A DNA stretch of 58,579 nucleotides, taken from positions 1 through 58,579 of the forward strand of contig SCSU01000061.1 in assembly GCA_004299275.1 (NCBI GenBank). Reading direction: 5' to 3'. The position numbers and the translations under genes were made by a program. Each line of letters opens with the position of its first letter. Within the stretch, counting starts at the first letter, position 1. The notes beneath the pieces were generated by a model. The model did no database searches. It was given only the letters and a program-made list of their open reading frames with translations, and was not told where the DNA came from. The DNA comes from Patescibacteria group bacterium (lineage in GTDB: Bacteria > Patescibacteriota > Patescibacteriia > 2-12-FULL-57-11). Shown here piece after piece: positions 50,966 to 58,579 of the stretch.

Positions 50966-53900
50966 ATGTCTCCTTCCGCTCGCCGCCGAGCCGCACTCAC
51001 GCTTGTCTGTCTCTTCCTCACTGCGGAGGTTGGTGTTTTTGGTTTGGCCGCGGCGGCCAACGCCCAAGGCGGCGCGGTGACAATCCTCCCTTCTCCAGCG
51101 GCCGGCATCGGGCCGGTTTTTGTCCGCACCGATGTCGGCGTCCGGGACTCGGTCCGCTTCGGCCTCTTGGCCACGCTCCTGATGAGTTCCTTGAACGCGA
51201 TTAATTATTTTGCCCAAAAAATCGCTTTTGACTACGCCGAGCAGGTCTCCGAAGGCGGGCCCGGGCAGAAGCCGCTCTTTTTTACCGAGGATTGGAAAGA
51301 TTATCTCAGGGATGTCGCTCTGGATTCAGTCGGCGAATTTTTGGGCACGCTAAACCAGTCCGGACTCCTGCCGTTTAACGTCTGCGCGCCGAGCATCAAC
51401 ATTGTTGTCCCCTTGGCCTTGGGCATCCTCTTTGACGATTACCGGCCGCCCAAGCCCAAGTGCGAATGGAAGGCGATACAGGCCGCTTACAAAAATCTTA
51501 CTTTTAACCTGACCACCGACCTCTCGCTCAAGGCCACGGCCTCAATGTTTGAGCCGGGCCAGTCGGAGTTGGACGCCGCGATTCGCGCCGCTTCGCTGGC
51601 GCGCCAGCGCATTCCGCCGGTCCAAAACCCGGCGGCGCTCGCGCGCTCCTCCGGCCGGGGCTTCCTCGACCTTCGGAGTCCGCTGTCGCGGAATGTCCTC
51701 ACGCCCGCCGAGCTCATCCGCCACCAGACCTTGGCGGAAACCGTGGATGAACCGAACAGGGCCAAAGACCTCTCCTGGCGGGGCTCGTGGGAGGTGATTA
51801 AAGCCGCGCCGGAGAATATCGGGCTGGCCGCTTTAAACACTTTTATCACCCATTTAGTTTCTAAACTGATTCAAAAGGCGCTCAAGGGTTTGCTGTTTCA
51901 CCCGCCGGACCAGCCTGTCTGCAACCTCGGCATCGCCGGCTGCAGCGGCGGCATGGCTGACCAAAATGCCGGCAATAATCCGGAGGATTTAGGCACGGCG
52001 CGTCGCCTGAACGCCGACCTGATTACGCCCGCGCTCCAGTCCGACGCCCGCTATGATATCCTAACCGAACTCGCCACCTGCCCGGATAAATTTCGCACGC
52101 CCAATAATTGCGCCGTGGACACCCAGCTCGCGGCGCTCGTCGGCCAGGGGCCGCGGGACGGCAAATACTTCACGGTCAAAGAAGCGCTGGACGCCGGGTA
52201 TCTGCACGGCGACTGGCCGCTCATCTCCAACTCCGAGACGCACCGCGCGCGAAACGCCGACCCCTACTGTTTTGCCAGCGGCTATTGCTACTCTAACTTG
52301 GTCAAATTGCGCAAGGCGCGGATTTTGCCCGTCGGCTGGGAGCTCGCCGCGGCCAAAAGTCCGGCTGACCCGGTCAAACTTTCCGAAGTCGTCGCCAAAT
52401 TCAACGACTGTCCCACGCCCGAGGACCCCAACCCCGCCAATCATCCCTGGTGCAAACTCATTGACCCCAACTGGATATTGAAAGTGCCTGTTACCCAGTG
52501 CCGGCTCCGCGGCTTTGGCGCCACGATGCTCGACGACCAGGGCGGCGGCCGGGCGGAAATCTGTCTGGATCAGCCCTCCTGCATGCAAGAGGACAAAAAC
52601 GGCAACTGCTTGGTCGGTTACGGCTATTGCGCCCGCGAAAAAAATATCTGGCGAATCGGCGGCCGCGAGTGTCCGAGCGCCTACGCCTCCTGCGCCAGTT
52701 TTGCCGGCCGCGCTGGCGAGTCGCTGACCGTGCTCCAGTCCAGTTTGGACCAAGGCGTCTGCAACGCGGAGAATGTCGGCTGCCGCGCTTATTCCACAGT
52801 CCGCGACAGTAAGGACGCGAGCGCTTGGCTCTATTCCCCGGGCCGTGACCGCGTTTTCCTGAATCGACAGGTGAGCGCTTGCGAGGCCAAGGACGCCGGC
52901 TGCGGCAAGGTTATAGATAAAGAAGGTCTGCGCCGGAATTTGGTGCTGAATTCCTCGTTTGAGGAAGATGTCGCGCCGAATGCCGGGCTCTTCGCCCGCT
53001 ACTGGACCAAGGCCGAGTGGGGCACGCAGTGGTTAAGCGACCAAGCCATGAGCCGGAGCGGCAGTCATTCGCTCGCGCCGCCGGACTACCAAAAATCCAA
53101 TGATGTTGACGTCGCGGTCAAGCAGACCGTTAACCTCGACCCCAACGCGACCTACACCGTGTCTTTTTACGGCCGGCAGGAGAAAACCGGAGAAAAAGGC
53201 GGTTTAATTTTGCGGCTGGGGGTGCTCTCGGACGCCGGGGTTGTGCCCATAGCCGACAGCGCCACCAACTGCGCCGCGAATGGTGAGTGGCGGGCGCTCT
53301 TTGGCGTTCCGGCCGGTGTCGGCTGGGAACGCTATTCCTGCACCCTCGTTTTGCCGCCGAAGGTTTTCACTCCGCCCGGCTACGCCAAACCGGTAACGCA
53401 GACCGGCCAGCTCGCCGTGAACTTGTATCGCATCGGCGACCGGCCCTTGGTTGACGACTTGCAGATTGAAGACGGCTCTCGCGCCACCGACTATCACGGC
53501 TCCGCTTTTGAGGGCGGCGCGCTGGTGACGCTCAAAACGCCGCCGGAGTACCTCGGCTGTAGCGGCGAGGCGGCCAAAGACCCCAAGGACTGCGGCCGCT
53601 ACGCCCAAGTCTGCCGTTCGGACGAAGTCGGCTGTGACCGTTTTACTCCGCTCGAGGGCGGCATCGCGCTCACGGCCGTGGTTTCGGGGAATGACGGCTG
53701 TCCCTCCGAGTGCGTCGGCTATGAGACCTTTAGAAAAGAAGAGACAAACTACGACACCGCCAGCTATCCGCTCTACTTCATCCCCAAGACCGCGGCCTCT
53801 TGCGGCGCGGCCGCTAACGGCTGTTCGGAGTTCACCAATTTAGACACGCAGGCCGCCGGCGGGGAGGCGCGGGAATACTTTACTTATCTCCGGCCCTGCG

Positions 53901-56900
53901 AGCGGCCGACCGCCGAAGTCCCCACCTACTACACTTGGGAGGGCTCAGACACCGCCGGCTATCAGCTCAAAGAGTGGCACCTCAAAGTCGGCGCCGCGTT
54001 CCCCAATGAGCCGGCCGGAACAACCGGCGTCAAACCGCCGGCCACGGTGCCCGGTTACAACCCCGCTTTCTGCACCAAGGCCATTTACCAGTCCGGCGGC
54101 GACCCCGACTGCCGCGAGTTTTTGGACGCCGACGGCAAAGTTTATTATCGGCTGTATTCCAAAACCATCATCATCACGAGCGACTGCCATCCTTACCGCC
54201 TGACTAAAGCGCCGGAGGACACCTCAGTCAAATCCGAGAACGCCTGCACCGGCGGCAAGCACTGGGCCGTCGGCAAATGCCTCGTCTGCGAAGACCTGGG
54301 GGGAACTTGGAACGCCGCGGCCGGCGAATGTACCTTTTACGGTTTGCGCTCCGAGTCCAACACCTGTTCATCGGCCGAGAACGGCTGCCGGCTGTTTACC
54401 GGCAACGCCGGCGGCAACGTCCAGACGATGCTCACCGAGACCTTTGAGGGCGCGCTTTCCTCTGGCTGGCTCAATACTCTAAAAGCCAACCCGAGCACGG
54501 TCGCGACCTCCACCGAGTCCACGGTCGTGGGCGGCGCTTCGCTCAAAATCACCGGCTCGCTCGCGGCCGCTTACAATTTTGTCACTTCCACTCCGCCCGC
54601 GCTCACCCAAGGCGACTTGTATCTCCTGAATTTTTGGGCCAAGGGCGCGAACGGTAATTTTGCCAACCTGAGTTTTACCAACCCCACGACCAATGAGACC
54701 GTCAAATTCCTCGACCCGGCGGTAAAACAAGTCGGGCTCACCGGCAACTGGAAGGCCTACAGCTTCGGCCCGGTGGTTTTGACCATTAACCCTAAATCCG
54801 CGGACGCGGTTAAGGGCATCAATCTTTCGTTCGCCGCCGGGATGCCGGGCAATTCGTCGTGGTATCTGGACAACATTGAGCTTAAAAAAATCGGGAGTGC
54901 CGTCGCCGCGATTGACGGCTCGTGGAAAACCCCGGCGATTTGCGACCAGAGTCCGGCCGGAGCGCCCCTGCCCCAGTATTACCTTGGTTGTGCCAGCTAC
55001 ACCGACCGCACCGACGCGACGCGCAACCTCCGTTCCTTTGACCGGCTCTGCCGTAGCGCCGCGGTCGGCTGCCGCGCCTATCTGGATACCCGCAACAACG
55101 ATTTTATCGGTTATGAGTACTGGAACGCCTTGGCGACTTTGCCGGTGAAGGCCACGGTTCCCACGCCGGTCAAGGGTTCTTACAGTGAGACCGTGTGCAC
55201 TGTTTCGCCCGAGCAGTCCTCCTGCCGTTATAACTTAAAGAGCGGCAACCGCCCGGCTTTGAATATCTTGGGGACAGTAGTTGAGTGCAGCCGGCCGGAT
55301 AAAAGCGAGGGCTCCTGTTCCATTGACGGAACTTACATCTGTGAGGTGAAAAAAGGGGAGACCAAATGCGCCGGGAGCCCCTCGGACCTCGTCACCGTGC
55401 CGCCGGACCGGACAGTGTACCTCGTGGACGCCGAAGGCAAGCGCTGTGACGCCTCGCAAGCCGGCTGCAGCGAGGTCGGAGCGCCGCAGGGTTCGGTTTG
55501 CGGCCTGCTCTCGCCCTGTAAGCCCTCCGGCGGCGCCGTCACCTGCAAATGCGAGGCGCCGGTTGAGAACTGCGGCTACAACGCCCAAAACCAGTTTATC
55601 TGTTCCGCCAAAAACCAATTCGTCTGCGATGTGCCGAGCGGCCAGAGCTCCTGCACCTATGCCCTGCCGCAAAACGAGCCCTACGGCAAACTGTCTTATA
55701 CCAGCAAAAATTTGATTTTAAATCCGGAGCTCTACCAAACCCAGGTCTGCTCCGGCCCGGCGGTTGGCTGTGAGGAATGGAAATCAGCCAATAGGAACGC
55801 CCCGGGAATCGCTTACTTCAAAACACCGGACGGCCGCTACTGCGAGTATCGGGAAAAGGTGCAAATAAACGGCGCCGAGTACTCCGGCTACTTTCTGCAA
55901 GGTAAGGATTCGCCTTGCGACCCGACTTACGTGATCGGCGGCAACTACTACGGCCTGCGCAAAACCGGCGACGCCAATTACAAGGGCTATGTCGGCTCCT
56001 GCTCCTCGGAGTTCGCCGGCTGCACCGAGTTTATTGACCACGCCGACCTGACGGTTAAACAAATCGGTAACAAGTTCGTCGCCGACCCGGCCCGCTACTA
56101 CTACGTCAAAGACCAGAGCATTGACGACGCCTCCTGCAACGGCCAGGCGTCGCCCAAAGAGGGTTGCCTGCTGCTTGAAGACACGAGCAAACCCGAGATT
56201 AGTTATTCCGCGGTCGGCACTTACGGTGACAGCGCCAACAAGGACTACCGGCTCGTGCCCGCCCGGCCCGGCTACTGCGGCTACAAGATTGACTGCGCCA
56301 ACGGCGCGCCGGTCCAAAACATCATCGGCAACCTCGGCGCCGGCTGGGTCGCGCCGTTCTATAACACGCTCGAGGACTATCTGGCCAACCCGCAGTTCTG
56401 GCCCTTTGCCAGCAAGGGCTATCAGAAAGACATTTTGAAAAAGGAATTTTTCTACCGCGCAAGCTTTACCCCCAAAGACGCCAAGGATGTCTGCCAGCTG
56501 ATAAAAAAACTCTTCAACGCCGACCTGCCCTTTACCTACGCCGGTCGGGGCTGCAGCGTCAAGCAGGATTGCGCGGGCAACGGCTTGGACGCGAGCGCCG
56601 ACTGCGTGGCCGCGAGTTCGGAATTTACTCCGTCCGCGCCGGCCAACTCGGTGGTTAAGGTCAGCCGCGACCGCGTCTGCGGCGCTTGGTTCGCCTGCAA
56701 GAGCTCTTCTCCGGTTTTTGACCCGCGCACCAACCGCTTCCGTGAGGTTTGCGACCAAATCGGACTTTGCGATCAAGCCTCGCTTGCCGAACAAAAGGAC
56801 ACGAGCAAGGTGGACATCACTCTCTGCAAACGGTGGGTCAACGACGCCGAGTCCAGGCAAATTCTTTCGGAAAAATTGTACCGCGAGCGGGATGTCTCTT

Positions 56901-58579
56901 TTTCCGGCTTTGATTACTCCGGCTACAGCGTGCCGCACCAGTTCCCGGCGAGTGTCCTCTCTCAGGCCAAAATCGGCAGCCGCTGCGCGGTGCCCCAAGG
57001 CGTCTCCTGCGACCCCAAGGTGAACTCTAACGCCGCCCAAAACGGCAAGGCCGACTGCTCGTGTCAGTCGTCGTTTGACTGTCCTTCGACTCTCGGGCCG
57101 GACAAAAAACCAACGGTCAACCGCTACTCCTGCGACCCGGTTTATTCGCTGGGCAATGACCTCGGCGCCTGTCCGTTTGTCCCGCAGAATCCCGATGTCG
57201 GAAAAGACGGCGACACCTGTCTTGTCGGCGGCGGCGAGGTTGCCTATTGCCAAAATCCCGCCCAGCAGAATTGCTGTCGTAACGGGATTGTGGAAGGGAT
57301 TGAGGGCTGTGACGACGGTAACAGTATTTCCGGCGACGGCTGCAGCGCCGGTTGCGGACTGGAGGGCAAGTGTTTTGGCCGGCGGTGTTATCAGTCAGCT
57401 TTCGGCAAAACCGACCCGGTAGCGCTGGATGGGCCGCAGGCGCTCGAGCCCGTCGGTTCGGAGAATATCGGCAAAAATACGCTGGAATTTTCCTGTCGCG
57501 CCTACCCCGAGGCGAGCTCGCCCGTGCCCGGTGACGTCGTCTTGGCGCGCAACACCGACACCGGCGCGCCGGAGTCGGTCAAACAGGGCTTCCAAGGCGC
57601 GGCCATTTGCGAAGAGGGGGAGAACTGCGAATGCAATTATCAAAAAGCCAAATACAGCGGCGGCGAGCTCAAGTATTTCGGCTCCAGCGCGCCGCTCGCC
57701 AATACCGGCCGCTGCTCCGGCGGGCCGTTTGACGGCGCGGCTTGCGACCCGCTCCAGAACCGCTTTAAGGAGCGCAACGCGGTGAAAAATGTTTTGACCT
57801 GCAACGCCGCGCAAGTGGCGGCCGGCGGCGCGACCGAGGGCGACTGCCAGCCGGTTCAGCGCGCCGACTTGGTCCGCGGGTTCCAAGGGTTCTGTTTGGA
57901 GCGCGACGAGACGACACCCATCTACGGTCGCGAGCTCGCCGCTGGCGCTCCGAGCCGCGCTTGCCTCACATGGCTCCCGACCGACCGGCTCTCCGGCCAG
58001 CCCGACCTCTTTAACCAATACAAGAGCGCGACCTACGAGCTCCGCGACAGTTACGCCTGCGCCCTGCCGCAGGTCTACCGCGTGATGAAGGCCTCGGGGC
58101 CTTATGCTAAGGACTTTGCTACTGGCAAGGATGTGAATGCCCAGCAGGATATCTGGCTGGGGACAGTGGCTTCGGACGGGGATCAGTTCAACAAAAACGC
58201 GTTTAACCCTTTCCTGTTCTGCCCGCCTTCAACCGGGTTTGTGGTGATGGGCGCCTGCACCAACAATAGCGGTGAGGTTGAAGGAGCCGGTTTGGGGATA
58301 GGACCCCCAATGTTCAATCAAAAACCAGTGCTCAATTATGTTTGCGTGCCGTGGGGTTCGGTGCACCTTGCCGAACGCTCGCGCGGCAAATCTGGAAACG
58401 GTCAATACACGACTGTTCCGAGTCCGCCGGACATCGCCCAAAATTACCTAAAAGAGTGTTCGTTTGCCGACTTCCCGATTTCGGGGCAACCGAGCATCGT
58501 CAACTATCAGGAGCTGGCGCGTTTCCCGCAGGGGATTTGCGCCCAGAATGTCAGTGAACAACAGCTCAGTAATTTGGAC
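50966..58579 (+). CDS. Giant Cys-rich secreted/surface protein (at least 2538 aa, 3'-truncated) with CBM4/9-like and Cys-rich repeat motifs
   Basis: Frame from MSPSARRRAALTLVCLF (signal-like) translates sensibly at every point sampled and is open at the window end, which explains its absence from the ORF track; NLVLNSSFE near 52937; CRNGIVEGIEGCDDGNSISGDGCSAGC near 57275; many GC motifs. Confidence 0.85.
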   Translation, partial: MSPSARRRAALTLVCLFLTAEVGVFGLAAAANAQGGAVTILPSPAAGIGPVFVRTDVGVRDSVRFGLLATLLMSSLNAINYFAQKIAFDYAEQVSEGGPGQKPLFFTEDWKDYLRDVALDSVGEFLGTLNQSGLLPFNVCAPSINIVVPLALGILFDDYRPPKPKCEWKAIQAAYKNLTFNLTTDLSLKATASMFEPGQSELDAAIRAASLARQRIPPVQNPAALARSSGRGFLDLRSPLSRNVLTPAELIRHQTLAETVDEPNRAKDLSWRGSWEVIKAAPENIGLAALNTFITHLVSKLIQKALKGLLFHPPDQPVCNLGIAGCSGGMADQNAGNNPEDLGTARRLNADLITPALQSDARYDILTELATCPDKFRTPNNCAVDTQLAALVGQGPRDGKYFTVKEALDAGYLHGDWPLISNSETHRARNADPYCFASGYCYSNLVKLRKARILPVGWELAAAKSPADPVKLSEVVAKFNDCPTPEDPNPANHPWCKLIDPNWILKVPVTQCRLRGFGATMLDDQGGGRAEICLDQPSCMQEDKNGNCLVGYGYCAREKNIWRIGGRECPSAYASCASFAGRAGESLTVLQSSLDQGVCNAENVGCRAYSTVRDSKDASAWLYSPGRDRVFLNRQVSACEAKDAGCGKVIDKEGLRRNLVLNSSFEEDVAPNAGLFARYWTKAEWGTQWLSDQAMSRSGSHSLAPPDYQKSNDVDVAVKQTVNLDPNATYTVSFYGRQEKTGEKGGLILRLGVLSDAGVVPIADSATNCAANGEWRALFGVPAGVGWERYSCTLVLPPKVFTPPGYAKPVTQTGQLAVNLYRIGDRPLVDDLQIEDGSRATDYHGSAFEGGALVTLKTPPEYLGCSGEAAKDPKDCGRYAQVCRSDEVGCDRFTPLEGGIALTAVVSGNDGCPSECVGYETFRKEETNYDTASYPLYFIPKTAASCGAAANGCSEFTNLDTQAAGGEAREYFTYLRPCERPTAEVPTYYTWEGSDTAGYQLKEWHLKVGAAFPNEPAGTTGVKPPATVPGYNPAFCTKAIYQSGGDPDCREFLDADGKVYYRLYSKTIIITSDCHPYRLTKAPEDTSVKSENACTGGKHWAVGKCLVCEDLGGTWNAAAGECTFYGLRSESNTCSSAENGCRLFTGNAGGNVQTMLTETFEGALSSGWLNTLKANPSTVATSTESTVVGGASLKITGSLAAAYNFVTSTPPALTQGDLYLLNFWAKGANGNFANLSFTNPTTNETVKFLDPAVKQVGLTGNWKAYSFGPVVLTINPKSADAVKGINLSFAAGMPGNSSWYLDNIELKKIGSAVAAIDGSWKTPAICDQSPAGAPLPQYYLGCASYTDRTDATRNLRSFDRLCRSAAVGCRAYLDTRNNDFIGYEYWNALATLPVKATVPTPVKGSYSETVCTVSPEQSSCRYNLKSGNRPALNILGTVVECSRPDKSEGSCSIDGTYICEVKKGETKCAGSPSDLVTVPPDRTVYLVDAEGKRCDASQAGCSEVGAPQGSVCGLLSPCKPSGGAVTCKCEAPVENCGYNAQNQFICSAKNQFVCDVPSGQSSCTYALPQNEPYGKLSYTSKNLILNPELYQTQVCSGPAVGCEEWKSANRNAPGIAYFKTPDGRYCEYREKVQINGAEYSGYFLQGKDSPCDPTYVIGGNYYGLRKTGDANYKGYVGSCSSEFAGCTEFIDHADLTVKQIGNKFVADPARYYYVKDQSIDDASCNGQASPKEGCLLLEDTSKPEISYSAVGTYGDSANKDYRLVPARPGYCGYKIDCANGAPVQNIIGNLGAGWVAPFYNTLEDYLANPQFWPFASKGYQKDILKKEFFYRASFTPKDAKDVCQLIKKLFNADLPFTYAGRGCSVKQDCAGNGLDASADCVAASSEFTPSAPANSVVKVSRDRVCGAWFACKSSSPVFDPRTNRFREVCDQIGLCDQASLAEQKDTSKVDITLCKRWVNDAESRQILSEKLYRERDVSFSGFDYSGYSVPHQFPASVLSQAKIGSRCAVPQGVSCDPKVNSNAAQNGKADCSCQSSFDCPSTLGPDKKPTVNRYSCDPVYSLGNDLGACPFVPQNPDVGKDGDTCLVGGGEVAYCQNPAQQNCCRNGIVEGIEGCDDGNSISGDGCSAGCGLEGKCFGRRCYQSAFGKTDPVALDGPQALEPVGSENIGKNTLEFSCRAYPEASSPVPGDVVLARNTDTGAPESVKQGFQGAAICEEGENCECNYQKAKYSGGELKYFGSSAPLANTGRCSGGPFDGAACDPLQNRFKERNAVKNVLTCNAAQVAAGGATEGDCQPVQRADLVRGFQGFCLERDETTPIYGRELAAGAPSRACLTWLPTDRLSGQPDLFNQYKSATYELRDSYACALPQVYRVMKASGPYAKDFATGKDVNAQQDIWLGTVASDGDQFNKNAFNPFLFCPPSTGFVVMGACTNNSGEVEGAGLGIGPPMFNQKPVLNYVCVPWGSVHLAERSRGKSGNGQYTTVPSPPDIAQNYLKECSFADFPISGQPSIVNYQELARFPQGICAQNVSEQQLSNLD

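Noticed and set aside
55784..57253. 489-aa minus-strand ORF and other short ORFs in 51-58 kb
   Set aside because: Antisense or off-frame shadows of the giant plus-strand CDS.

Overview
Bacterial chromosomal segment. Gene content, protein families and the near absence of Shine-Dalgarno (SD) motifs point to a Patescibacteria/CPR (Parcubacteria-like) genome using genetic code 11; this assignment is inferred. The left end is an AT-rich island (partial DNA methyltransferase plus two orphan genes) beside tRNA-Arg(CCG). The rest is mostly housekeeping: femX-like, ruvA, class II RNR nrdJ, ileS, a pentose-phosphate/sugar cluster interrupted by a DDE IS, valS, tyrS, argS, four tRNAs, nusA, yidC, CIRCE-groES-groEL, frameshifted prfB, tsaC/sua5 and rsmA. 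The right end holds a >2500-aa Cys-rich surface protein that runs off the window. The most striking signals are outside the gene list. (1) Two four-helix-bundle (23S-IVP-like) genes are each bracketed by inverted heptamer arrays. Related heptamer arrays recur as an empty hairpin, at many stop/start junctions, and as in-frame insertions inside IleRS, ValRS and RsmA. (2) A homologous leader upstream of nrdJ and valS encodes a 39/45-aa uORF with 12 synonymous changes, enclosed by a covarying stem that pairs the uORF start with the downstream gene's start. (3) A free-standing LAGLIDADG gene lies between a decayed tRNA-Leu 5' half and an intact tRNA-Leu that it overlaps. (4) Several REP/REPIN/MITE families are present, some translated in frame.
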